A stretch of DNA of 64,000 bases from positions 320,001 through 384,000 of the forward strand of contig CAWJWJ010000001.1 in NCBI GenBank assembly GCA_963846575.1, written 5' to 3'. The first letter of the stretch is position 1, and each line of letters starts with the position of its first letter. The notes under the pieces are model-generated. The model worked only from the letters and a program-made list of their open reading frames with translations. It was not told the origin of the DNA and did not search any database. Below, piece after piece: positions 30,690 to 40,484 of the stretch. A program made the translations under genes and the position numbers. Origin of the DNA: an uncultured Nitrospiraceae bacterium (GTDB lineage Bacteria > Nitrospirota > Nitrospiria > Nitrospirales > Nitrospiraceae).

Positions 30690-32123
30690 TCACACAGGCC
30701 GGTCAAGCCGTAGGACCAGCAACCTGGGCTCCGTCATGTCTTCGATGGCATACCGCACACCCTCGCGACCGATCCCGGAATCCTTTACGCCACCATAGGG
30801 CATGTGATCCGCCCGGAACGTCGGAATTTCGTTCGCCAACACCGCACCGACTTCGAGCTGCTCGAACGCATGAAAAATACGCTCTACGTTGTGCGTGAAG
30901 ATTCCGGCTTGAAGACCGTAGTCCGATTCGTTCACCGCCTCCAACACGGCCCCGAATTCTCGGTACGTGGTCACTGTCACCAACGGACCGAACACCTCCT
31001 GGCAGGAGACCTTCATCGTGCCGGTCACCTCCGACAACACCGTCGGCCGCACGATCGATCCCTCCCGGTTCCCTCCCGACAACAACCGGGCGCCTTGCGC
31101 CACGGCTTCCTCGATCCAGCGTTCAACCCGTTGCGCCGCTCCCGCATCGATCAGCGGGCCGACCACCGTGTGTTCGTCACCCGGATCCCCCGCTCGCACC
31201 TGTCGCACCCGGGCCACCAGGTTTTCGGTAAAGTCCGCCGCGACCGACTCATGAACAAAGATCCGTTGCACGGAGATACAGGTCTGACCGGCGTAGGTGA
31301 ACCCGCCTGTGACACAACGCTGCGCCACATAGTCCAGATCGGCGTCCGGCTCCACGATGACGGCCGCGTTGCCGCCTAACTCTAAAACGACTTTTTTCTT
31401 CCCCGATTTGGACTTCAACATCCAGCCGACAGGCGCGCTTCCGGTGAAGCTGAGCAGTTTGAACCGGGGATCGACCACCAGCTGTTCCGCCACCGTATTC
31501 TGACAGGGCAGCACATTGACCGCGCCGGGCGGAGCACCGGTCTCCAGCAGCAATTCCCCGAGAAGCAGGGCGGTTAAAGGAGTCTGCGGAGCCGGTTTGA
31601 TGAGAATGGAGTTGCCTGAGGCCAACGCCGGCGCCACTTTATGCACGACGAGATTGAGTGGAAAGTTAAACGGCGTGATGCCGAGGATCGGCCCGATGGG
31701 AAACCGCCGCGTCAGCCCCCAATGGGACTCCATCCCAGGCGACCAATCCAGCGGCACCACTTCACCACCGATCCGCTTGGCTTCTTCCGCCGCAATCGAA
31801 AAGGTCTGAATAGCTCGGTCTACTTCCCGCCGCGCATCCGTCAGGGGTTTACCGGCCTCTGCGGTCATCGTGCGCGCAAACTCCTCGCGCCGAGACAGCA
31901 GCGCCTGTGCCGCCTTCTGCAGCAGCGTGGCGCGCGCGTGACTCGACAGCCGGCGCATGGCCAGAGCCCCTTCCACGCTGGATTGTATGCCTCTCTCCGC
32001 CTCCGCCGGACCGGCTTGGCAGACATGGGCAATCGTCTCGCCTGTATAGGGATTGTGTACGGGAACGGCTGCCGTGGTTCGGGACCACTGGCCGCCGATT
32101 AAAAAGGGGCGTCCATCTTCCAA
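30690..32123 (-). CDS. Aldehyde dehydrogenase
   Basis: ITPFNFPLNL, SFTGS, LELGGN, GQTCIS, EVFGP, PYGGVKDSGIGREG. TTG start at 32123 behind GGAG. Confidence 0.93.
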   Translation of the reverse strand: MEDGRPFLIGGQWSRTTAAVPVHNPYTGETIAHVCQAGPAEAERGIQSSVEGALAMRRLSSHARATLLQKAAQALLSRREEFARTMTAEAGKPLTDARREVDRAIQTFSIAAEEAKRIGGEVVPLDWSPGMESHWGLTRRFPIGPILGITPFNFPLNLVVHKVAPALASGNSILIKPAPQTPLTALLLGELLLETGAPPGAVNVLPCQNTVAEQLVVDPRFKLLSFTGSAPVGWMLKSKSGKKKVVLELGGNAAVIVEPDADLDYVAQRCVTGGFTYAGQTCISVQRIFVHESVAADFTENLVARVRQVRAGDPGDEHTVVGPLIDAGAAQRVERWIEEAVAQGARLLSGGNREGSIVRPTVLSEVTGTMKVSCQEVFGPLVTVTTYREFGAVLEAVNESDYGLQAGIFTHNVERIFHAFEQLEVGAVLANEIPTFRADHMPYGGVKDSGIGREGVRYAIEDMTEPRLLVLRLDRPV

Positions 32124-32154
32124 CGGACTTACTCCAAGGAAGGAAGGGAGAGTG

Positions 32155-32433
32155 CTATTGTACGGATTCCACGGGAGGTACGGCCTGCGCCTCGGCTCGA
32201 AGCGCTTCGTGATCCTGCTGCGCCTCCACCGCTTTGGCAATCAGGTCCTCGGTCCCCCAATCCTGAATCGCAGCCAACGTGAATGCCTCGTAGGTCGAAA
32301 CCCCGTGGCACGTCGGACAACCGGGCATAGGCACCTTCTGACAAAACGCCTCACTCAAACAAGACATGCAGACCCACAGATCCGGCTCTCCCGCCTTCGC
32401 AGGCACAGACCAAAAGGCTTGTTTCGAACCCAT
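32155..32433 (-). CDS. Small CxxC-CxxC (Zn-ribbon/rubredoxin-like) protein
   Basis: WVCMSC..GCPTCHG, AGGA RBS, fills the gap inside a co-oriented operon. Confidence 0.75.
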   Translation of the reverse strand: MGSKQAFWSVPAKAGEPDLWVCMSCLSEAFCQKVPMPGCPTCHGVSTYEAFTLAAIQDWGTEDLIAKAVEAQQDHEALRAEAQAVPPVESVQ

Positions 32434-32512
32434 AGTACGGTTTCCTCTTTCCTGGCTAGACGATGGTTCCAGTCACTCTCCCGACAATGCGGACCCCTGC
32501 GTAGGACCGATA

Positions 32513-33166
32513 CTACTTTTTCTTCTCACCAGGCGGTGAGAGCAATTTCTCGATTTCTTCCTCGAAGGCCTCGAACGGAAAGGCGCCCGGAATCGCAATG
32601 GCGGGATCCTTGGTTGTCGGTTGTTGCGTGGTGCGCATCAACACGAACCCGGGCGTTCCTCGAAACCCCCAGGCGTTCGCTTCCTGCCGGTCCTGAAAGA
32701 TGGCCTGCACATAGGGCGCATCGCGCAGACACTGCCGGAACTGCGACTGGTCGAGACCGATGGCTTTGGCATGTTGAGTATAGCTGTCCGCGTCCAACCG
32801 TCCGTCGGCGGCAAACAGCCGATCGTGCATCGGCCAGTATTTGCCCTGATCCCCGGAGCACCGGGCCGCAAGCGCGGCTGTTAGCCCCGGGCCCTGGTCG
32901 GCGCGAGGATAATCCTTGTACAGAAACCGCAGCTTCCCCGTCTCAACATAGCGCGCTTGAATTTTTGGCCATGTCTCCTTGAAAAACTTGAGGCAGTAGC
33001 CGCAGGTGAAGTCTGAGTATTCGATCATCGTCACCGGGGCATCCGCCTGGCCCCGCATCCGATTGTCGATCGTGGGTCCGCTTGCCGCCAAGGCGGTACC
33101 GGTTATGAGCAACAACCCAGCGACGAGTGCGGCGGACCTGAACCACGGGGCCTGTGTGAGAGTCAT
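32513..33166 (-). CDS. DsbA-like periplasmic thioredoxin-fold protein
   Basis: Signal peptide, EYSDFTCGYC, cis-Pro motif GTP. ATGA overlap with the upstream gene. Confidence 0.9.
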   Translation of the reverse strand: MTLTQAPWFRSAALVAGLLLITGTALAASGPTIDNRMRGQADAPVTMIEYSDFTCGYCLKFFKETWPKIQARYVETGKLRFLYKDYPRADQGPGLTAALAARCSGDQGKYWPMHDRLFAADGRLDADSYTQHAKAIGLDQSQFRQCLRDAPYVQAIFQDRQEANAWGFRGTPGFVLMRTTQQPTTKDPAIAIPGAFPFEAFEEEIEKLLSPPGEKKK

Positions 33167-34266
33167 GCGGACGCACTCTTGGGACGGCTTCGCTCCAACA
33201 GCCCCACCATGAGCAGAGGCCACACCAGCGTCGCATCGCTGAGGACCTCGGCGAAGCGGCCGCCCTCGGCCGGCGGAACGAACTTGCCCCAGGAGATACC
33301 TTCCTGATAGGTGCACCCGCTCAATCCTCCCCAGTAATCCGGTTCAGGGCAGATCCGCACCCCGTACTGGAAACGGGGCGGCTGCACGTTGAGGCCGAGA
33401 CGCGTATTGCTGATTTCGATGTAGGGGGCGACCTGCTGAGCCCAATTGCGAGGCACTCCGCCTCCGATCGTAAAAATGCCGAGCCGCTTCGAGCCCAATA
33501 TCTCCTCCGCGTAATGATTGAGGTCGAGATAGGGATTGAAGACCGGGCAAGTCTGATGCAACGCACGCAAGACCGCAAGATCCCCGCCATCCTTGGACTG
33601 GCTGCGAGCCCGATCGATGTGTTTGCCCATGGCCCAAGTGCCGACATCCAGCCCCATCTCGGAATCCGTGAAGGCGGGAATATACACCGGCACGTTTTTC
33701 AAATAGGCGCTTTTGAGAATCCCGGGGCCCTCGAACTCGTCCGTCAGCGTCTTGCCAAGTTCCCGGGTCAGAAGGTGGGAAGACAAGGGCTGGTCGGAAC
33801 TGATGCGCTTCAACGTGAGCGACACAACATGTTCGACGTAATTGAGGTTGGATTCCATTTCAAGCGTGTCATAGACACGGTTGTACCCTTTGCGAAACAA
33901 CTCTTCGTCGCTATGGGAGGCATCATGACGATAATGAAGTTTGCCCACCGATTCGCTCAATCCGTGCGCGACCAGCGCGCCGGTTGAGACGATCGCATGG
34001 ACCATCCCGCGATCGATCATCGTGCTGATGATCTTGCCCATCTTGGCAATGGTCATGGCCCCCGACAGCGTCAGCACCACCTTACAGTCGGGATCCTCGA
34101 TCATGGCCGCAAGTGTTTCATAGGCCTCGCCAAGCCGCCGCCCGCCGAACGCCGTCTTCCGCATCGCTTCCAGTAGTTCCGAAAAAGAATGAATCTTTTC
34201 GGGATCGAGAGGCTCCAAGGCCTCCAAACCATCCGTGGCACCGTCGTGAAACTCCCGTCCTGCCAT
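33163..34266 (-). CDS. Deoxyhypusine synthase-like protein (probable homospermidine-pathway enzyme)
   Basis: TLSGAM, STGA, PAFTDS, IGGGVPRNW, GGLSGC..EGISWGK (active-site Lys retained), DAT. Confidence 0.92.
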   Translation of the reverse strand: MAGREFHDGATDGLEALEPLDPEKIHSFSELLEAMRKTAFGGRRLGEAYETLAAMIEDPDCKVVLTLSGAMTIAKMGKIISTMIDRGMVHAIVSTGALVAHGLSESVGKLHYRHDASHSDEELFRKGYNRVYDTLEMESNLNYVEHVVSLTLKRISSDQPLSSHLLTRELGKTLTDEFEGPGILKSAYLKNVPVYIPAFTDSEMGLDVGTWAMGKHIDRARSQSKDGGDLAVLRALHQTCPVFNPYLDLNHYAEEILGSKRLGIFTIGGGVPRNWAQQVAPYIEISNTRLGLNVQPPRFQYGVRICPEPDYWGGLSGCTYQEGISWGKFVPPAEGGRFAEVLSDATLVWPLLMVGLLERSRPKSASA

Positions 34267-34480
34267 GATGAGAACCTCCCGAAAAAATCAATCCTTCGAT
34301 CAAGGAGCTCATTTTATACACAACCGACCGTTGCGGGGTCAATTCAAGCTCGAGGAACCATTGCGGTCACAGCGCTGGTTTGTGAGGCTCAACGCGAGCA
34401 GGATCGCCCCCTCATCGGCGCGATGATGCGAGCGTTGTATGAACCCGAGGGTCGGAGGGAGACCGGACGAGGAAAATCCG

Positions 34481-35233
34481 TCAACTCCGGATACCGGTGA
34501 CCAGCGAAAGGACCATGGCGGTGATATACATCAGGCTGATCCCGATGAACAGGCCCAGCGCGACTTGTAAACGACGCGTCGCAGTATAGGCCATGGCCGT
34601 GAGGGAGAGGACCACATAGAGCAATGAGCCGGCCGCCAGGGTGTAAAAGCAAATGGAGAAATAGGGGGACACCCCCTGCCCGCTGAGCAAGGTCCCGAGG
34701 GAGGTGGGGCCGCCGGCAATGAGGCCTAACAACAGAACATCACGCCACGAAATCGGCGATTTTCCGGCCGCGCCGACGATACCGAATCCCTCCGTCCCGT
34801 TATGGAGGCCGAACCCCGCCACCAACAAGAGGCTCAGCGTCCAGGCTCCGCTGCCGTAACTCGCTCCGATCGCGAGTCCTTCCCCGAGATTGTGCAACCC
34901 CATTCCTACCGCGATCATGTAGGGCAGCGACAAGACCCGGGTTCCTGAGCGGGTTCCAAACACCTGGCTGGATTCCAGCCAGACCAACCCGACCAGACTC
35001 ACACCCAGACTGCCCAAAAACACGACCCACGAAAGACCGTCACGTGCACCGGTCAGTTCCACCGCCTCATGCATCAAATCGAAGAAGAGATACACCAGCA
35101 CGCCGGTGGCCACGCCAATGAGCAGGCCTTCCCAGGACCGTGGCAATACCTTGCCAAGGAATAACGCTGCAAGGATCCCCAGATAGACCGGCATGACACC
35201 GGCGATTGCCCCCAGTCCCACCAATTCCAGCAT
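34481..35233 (-). CDS. ZIP-family divalent metal transporter
   Basis: Multi-TM with HNLGEGLAIG and LHNGTEGFGI motifs. Confidence 0.85.
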   Translation of the reverse strand: MLELVGLGAIAGVMPVYLGILAALFLGKVLPRSWEGLLIGVATGVLVYLFFDLMHEAVELTGARDGLSWVVFLGSLGVSLVGLVWLESSQVFGTRSGTRVLSLPYMIAVGMGLHNLGEGLAIGASYGSGAWTLSLLLVAGFGLHNGTEGFGIVGAAGKSPISWRDVLLLGLIAGGPTSLGTLLSGQGVSPYFSICFYTLAAGSLLYVVLSLTAMAYTATRRLQVALGLFIGISLMYITAMVLSLVTGIRS

Positions 35234-35595
35234 GGGAGAGTTCTAGCAGAATGACTGGCGGGGAAGAAAGATAGCCGTGACGAAAAACTTGGATGGCTAT
35301 CCGGTCTACGTGCGGGACCAGGCCTGCCGGGCCTGGTCTCCGCTCATGGTGTAGCGGGACGTCCCTTATCCTCTTCGAGCGAGTGCCCTTCTCGTGCGAA
35401 CCGGCTCACTGCCCGATCGATCTCGCGCGCAGGACAAGACCTGTGCAGGGCAGCCGACACTTGGCCGCAGGGTGGCTCCCGATAACGCGATGAGACCGTG
35501 ATACTGGCCCCGGCATCGCGGCCCATCGTCTGGCAAAGTGCGATCCGAGGGCCACACGACACCGTGATCAAACAGAAGAGACCGGCCTGTGAGCA

Positions 35596-36240
35596 TCATA
35601 GGGGACTCTCCGCTCCTTGAAGTGAATAGCCCGGGCGAACCGGCTGCCGGCGTCGGGCCGCCGTCGCGACAATTCGTTCGTAGACCGCCGTATAGGCCAT
35701 CGCACTCTCGACGAGAGAATCCAGCGTCTCCGCAAACGGCCCGTTGTGGGGCGAGGGACGATGCCACGGGATAATAGCCTGCCAGTTCAGTTCGGGGCAT
35801 TGCCGGACTTGCTCCACCGATGTGGCCACCAGGGCCAGTTCATTGAACTCCCGGTAGAGCTTCATCACTTCCGGCTCGTGCAATGACCCGTATACGGTCG
35901 CCATGATCGGGACCGGACTCCGCCGCATCAGGGGGAACGCGGTGAAGCCGGCATGCACGTGGATGATGTCGAAGGGAGCGGCAACGGAAAACGCTGTCTC
36001 GAGCGCGAGAAAGGTCAATCCTTCTGAAAGATGACGTTTGGGGGCCGGATAGTGCCGGAGGGCAAGGGGGGCCACGGGCACCAACTTGCCCGACACCCTG
36101 CTGTCTCCGCTGGCGAATACCGTGACGTCATGACCGAATCTGCTCAGACTCCTGGACAGAAACGCCACGCCGCGCGCTTCCGGACTTTCTCGGTCGATGG
36201 ACACCTCTTCAAAAAACGGGCTGACATGGGCAATACGCAT
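35596..36240 (-). CDS. GT4 glycosyltransferase N-terminal domain only (truncated or degenerate)
   Basis: MRIAHVSP..GHDVTVFASGDS..FDIIHVH; ends with a GT4-like terminal helix (AYTAVYERI) but lacks the sugar-nucleotide-binding domain. Confidence 0.7.
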   Translation of the reverse strand: MRIAHVSPFFEEVSIDRESPEARGVAFLSRSLSRFGHDVTVFASGDSRVSGKLVPVAPLALRHYPAPKRHLSEGLTFLALETAFSVAAPFDIIHVHAGFTAFPLMRRSPVPIMATVYGSLHEPEVMKLYREFNELALVATSVEQVRQCPELNWQAIIPWHRPSPHNGPFAETLDSLVESAMAYTAVYERIVATAARRRQPVRPGYSLQGAESPL

Positions 36241-36694
36241 GACCTTACCTTCCTTTTCTCGTGCGTCGAGCATCCGGATCGCGTCCCGCTCACGCCAACC
36301 TCTCGTCAGAGGTGAATCGCGTTCGGCGTCACGGTCGCAGGAATTCCATCTCCGGCCGAACAGATCGAGTCCGGCCGCGTGCGAAGCAATCACGGATGTG
36401 ATGGAGACTGCCTGCGCACGGCTGCCAGTGCGACAGAACCTTGCCGGCGCGTGGCGATCGAGGGCAGAGCACCCCGTTGCTTACTTCGTGAGCGCGGATG
36501 GTACGACGGGAACATGAAATTTAGCTGAAACAAATATGAAAATTTGATGAGAGCGGGGACAGGCTGTGGTGCCCGCGCCTCTCACCTGCCGGCCGGAATC
36601 GAAGGCTGCCTGGGGCGAGAGCTGACGCCAAGACCCACCGGGCTTCGAAGCCCGACGTGAAGGCAGGAGATCCGAGGAGTGATTGCGATGGCGC

Positions 36695-36946
36695 TCAGAG
36701 GGACGCTGATTGATCGCCATCCATATGGCAACGTTCACAGCAAGTGTGGAAGTACCAAACCTGATCGGAATCCAAATCCATGCGTCCTAATGCGTCGGAC
36801 TCCTTTTCCCAACGCTCCTGAGAGGGAGCTGTTCCGCTCGCAAATTTGACTCGTTCGCACTCCGTGCAATGGAACAGAACGGGCCGGCCCAAAAATCGCC
36901 GGCCTTGAACAATGAACTCTCTGTGGCTTATGGCGTGCATCTGCAC
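36695..36946 (-). CDS. Small Cys-rich hypothetical protein
   Basis: CTEC and CCERC motifs, GGAGG upstream of a GTG start. Confidence 0.4.
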   Translation of the reverse strand: MQMHAISHREFIVQGRRFLGRPVLFHCTECERVKFASGTAPSQERWEKESDALGRMDLDSDQVWYFHTCCERCHMDGDQSASL

Positions 36947-37100
36947 CCTCCCATCACGGCTAGTTCCGACCGTATCTCCCTTATAGGACTCCTCGTGACG
37001 ATGGGGAACTCGTAAACCGTGACAGTACGGGAAAGAAGATTACGAGGACGAGAATGGAAAAGCCTTGTGACCTGGCTGCGGGGAGATCGTCCGCGAAGGG

Positions 37101-37745
37101 TTAGGAGGGTGTGAGTAATCCGTGCGTGAGGGCGTATTTAATCAATTCCGCCGTGGTCCGCAACCCGAGTTGGTCCATGACCTGGGCTTTATGAAACTCA
37201 ACGGTGCGCGTCGAAATCTTGAGCCGGACGGCAATATCCTTCACCGTCCGCCCTTCGGCCAACAATTGGAGAACTTCGCGCTGGCGAAAGGTGAGCGGCT
37301 TCTTCTGCTGCGGCTGACCGGACCCGGCGGCGAGCAAGGTATCAATCAGCTCTTTTGCGATCAGCGGCGTGATATACGTATGACCCGTCCAGACCGTCCG
37401 GATGGCCTGCTCCAACTCATCGACGGCAGACCGTTTCAGCAGGTACCCCGACGCGCCGGCTTCGAACGCCGACCGGACGTAATCCGCGTCGGCATGCATG
37501 GTGACGAAAATCAGTTTGGTCGCAGGCTGAAGTTTTTTGAGTTGCGTGGCGGCATCGATGCCGTTCAGCAACGGCATCGACACATCCAGGATGACGATAT
37601 CGGGCTGCGTTCGTTGCGCCGCCTCAATGAGCGCCCGTCCGTCCTCGACCATCCCGACCAGATCGCATTGGTCGCTGAGAATGCGACGGAACCCTTCGAG
37701 CACCAGCGAATGGTCGTCAGCCAGCAGCACGCGCGGTTTAGACAT
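37101..37745 (-). CDS. NarL/LuxR-family response regulator
   Basis: LADDH, LDVSMP, GYLLK, LTFRQREVL..ISTRTVEFHK HTH. Confidence 0.95.
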   Translation of the reverse strand: MSKPRVLLADDHSLVLEGFRRILSDQCDLVGMVEDGRALIEAAQRTQPDIVILDVSMPLLNGIDAATQLKKLQPATKLIFVTMHADADYVRSAFEAGASGYLLKRSAVDELEQAIRTVWTGHTYITPLIAKELIDTLLAAGSGQPQQKKPLTFRQREVLQLLAEGRTVKDIAVRLKISTRTVEFHKAQVMDQLGLRTTAELIKYALTHGLLTPS

Positions 37746-38904
37746 GGGTACTCCCTGGAAACGGCACATGAACCTCGATATGCGTGCCGCGCCCCGGCGC
37801 GGTCACCACCGCTAATGTTCCATGCACTAGCCGCAACCGTTCTTTCATACTCAGTAACCCCAGATGTTCACGCCCCTGAGAAACCTGCACCGCATCAAAG
37901 CCAACCCCGTTATCCCGTATCGAGAGCGTGATCATCCCCTCGTCACAGATCAGTTCCACCTCGACCTCGGTGGCCTGGGCATGATGAGCCACATTACTCA
38001 GACTTTCCTGCGCGATCCGGTAGACACAGGTCGCAAGATCGCTCGGAACCGGAGTGATGGGATCACGATGAACATAGACCGCCTGCACTCCCGTGCTGAC
38101 CAGGAAATCGTCCACCAACCGGCGGACGGCCTTCGTGAGTCCCAAATCATCCAGGATAGAGGGATGGAAGCGATACGCGAGTTGCCGCACATCATCCGAT
38201 ACCTCCGTCAACCGAAAAGTGATCGATTCTACCATGCGCATGATGTTGGCGAGATCGCCCAGTTCGTCCTTCTCAATCCGCCGCAGATCCATCGTTAACA
38301 TGGCCAAGCGCTGGTTCACGTCATCGTGCAGCTCACGCGCGATGCGGCGACGATCATCTTCCTGGGCGGTCAGGAGCTGACCGGCGAGAGCCCTGAGTTC
38401 CTCGCGACTTCGCTGCAAGTCCTGCTGACTCGCCTTCAAGGAAGCCTCACTGCCACGGAGCGAGCGTTCCGTCTCCATCCGTTCTCTGATCTCTTCGATG
38501 AGCGCCTGATTCACGAGCCCAAGTTCGCGGGTGCGTTCCTGAACACGAACCTCCAACTCGTCATGCGCCCGGCGCAATGCCTGTTCAATTTTTCTGCGCT
38601 GCAGGAAATACACGACCGGCACCCAGATAGCCGTGAGGCTAAACAAGCGGTTGCTGATCCCCATCCACAGCGGGACGTTAGGCAAGGTCACCCCGAGGAA
38701 GACATCCGACACCGCGAGGACGGAACAGCCGCTTGCAACCAGCAAAGGAATCTTGCGGTCGGGAAAGGTCAACGACAACACAACCAGACCGCCGTACAGC
38801 ACCCCGTTGCCGATGCCGAGAGGAAGGTAGAGGTCCAGAGAAAACAAGCCCAGTCCGAGTATGACGATTGCGAACAGCAGGAGTGTCTGGGAGGGTTGTC
38901 TCAT
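37738..38904 (-). CDS. HisKA_3 sensor histidine kinase
   Basis: N-terminal TMs, RRIARELHDDVNQ, QESLSNV, DNGVGF, GLLSMKER. Confidence 0.92.
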   Translation of the reverse strand: MRQPSQTLLLFAIVILGLGLFSLDLYLPLGIGNGVLYGGLVVLSLTFPDRKIPLLVASGCSVLAVSDVFLGVTLPNVPLWMGISNRLFSLTAIWVPVVYFLQRRKIEQALRRAHDELEVRVQERTRELGLVNQALIEEIRERMETERSLRGSEASLKASQQDLQRSREELRALAGQLLTAQEDDRRRIARELHDDVNQRLAMLTMDLRRIEKDELGDLANIMRMVESITFRLTEVSDDVRQLAYRFHPSILDDLGLTKAVRRLVDDFLVSTGVQAVYVHRDPITPVPSDLATCVYRIAQESLSNVAHHAQATEVEVELICDEGMITLSIRDNGVGFDAVQVSQGREHLGLLSMKERLRLVHGTLAVVTAPGRGTHIEVHVPFPGSTHV

Positions 38905-39344
38905 CGAAAAGCGATTATCTCTCTTCACGGGAAGGGCTTCAAGCACTTCCCTCACAAACCAGACGCCCTCCCTCACCGTCCTAGAGGTTAGACGAGACAT
39001 TATGGAGAGGCAGGCTCGCCACACCCGTGAGCACGGGATGCCCTCCAGTTCAATTTGTGCCGTGTATCGGGAAGACCCCAATCCCAGGCCTGCTGCCGCC
39101 GGGCCACACAACGGAAGGGTCTGGACCAGGCATGTGGAGAGACACGGGTACGGGTACGGCTACGTACCGGACGCGGCAACTCCGGATGAGCGGAGGATTA
39201 CGGCGAGATCAGTGGGCGCAGCGACCGGTACAGGGGACGCGACCGCTCCCGTTTGCGTCGCAAGGCGGCAACAGTCGCGAGACCTCTTGGAGCCGTGCCA
39301 CTCTCCCGAGGCAGAACGCACGGGTCCCTTTCTCCGCCTTGTCT

Positions 39345-40046
39345 TCAATCAGCACTGTTGCCCTTTTCGCAATAGAGGCCGGGGCTGACTTGGCCCGCCG
39401 TCCATTTCCAGTACGTGCAAAAATCAGTGCGATGGGATTCGCTGAAAATGTCGCGGTAACAGACCCGGCCATGAAAATACACTGCGGCTTTCCCATCTTT
39501 AATGGCTTGGACCTCTTGGGCTGTCAAAGGACTCTCCCTCACTGTTTCGGGACGTTTGACCTTTCCGACGAACCACTTATTCTTGGTTGAACTCGGGCTG
39601 GGCTGCTGACAGTCCTCACTGGCCAGCGTTCGAGTCAACGGATATTCCGCCACGGTCACGTGCGCACTCGAACCGTTGTCGTAGGCCGGGGTTCGTCCGA
39701 TATTATGAAAACTATCATTCGCGCGAGGCTTGAGACCTTCCTCGATCGCGGGCATTCCCTTGGCCCTCACATCGATATAGGCCCGTAACTGTTGCTTGGC
39801 CTCCTCCTGAGCGATGAAATCCTGCCAACCGGGAATACCAACCGCTACAGCCGCGATGATGGCCGCAATGACGCCACCCCAGAAGATCGAGAGTTTCAGC
39901 CGGAAAAATTTGTCCTCCTCCGTGGCGGATGCCTGTCGCGGAGGCGAGACGCGCGTACGGCCTTCCTCCCGGGTGAGGTCACGCCCGGATCCGGGCGGCT
40001 GGTTGACGCCATCGGCGGGATTGTCTGGTCCTGTCTCATTCATCAT
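39345..40046 (-). CDS. Membrane-anchored hypothetical protein
   Basis: GAGAGG RBS, single TM, natural-looking beta-rich domain. Confidence 0.7.
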   Translation of the reverse strand: MMNETGPDNPADGVNQPPGSGRDLTREEGRTRVSPPRQASATEEDKFFRLKLSIFWGGVIAAIIAAVAVGIPGWQDFIAQEEAKQQLRAYIDVRAKGMPAIEEGLKPRANDSFHNIGRTPAYDNGSSAHVTVAEYPLTRTLASEDCQQPSPSSTKNKWFVGKVKRPETVRESPLTAQEVQAIKDGKAAVYFHGRVCYRDIFSESHRTDFCTYWKWTAGQVSPGLYCEKGNSAD

Positions 40047-40484
40047 CGACCTCTCACTTTCTTATTCCTATGCTCCTCGATGCACGAGCCGGATAGAGGC
40101 CCAGCATACACTCAGTGTAAAACAGGCGTGAGTTTTTGCAGCACTGGGAGAAGCCCTCGCCAGTTCCAGCACAGCCCCCCGGCAGACGCGTCCGGAAGCA
40201 TACCATGCTGGGCCGCACCAAAGGTGGGGACTCTCAGACATCTTTGCTCCCCTCCGTCCAGGCCGGCACTGACCGTCTCACGCCTGCAGAGCCCCGTCGA
40301 GCCCGAGGCAAGGCTCTGCGAGCGACCGGTGAGGATGTCACAGCATGATGACGAGATGAAAACCCGGCAGCTCAACGCGATCATTTTTTCGATGATATTG
40401 TACGATTCCGCGTTATAGTACTGGCCGAATGAGACTCCACACGCCAGCAGCCTCACGTGTCCCCGATCATGAGGCCGGTAGCCC

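Noticed and set aside
39141..39170. Short ACGGGT-like tandem repeat
   Set aside because: Only three to four degenerate units; no evidence of function.
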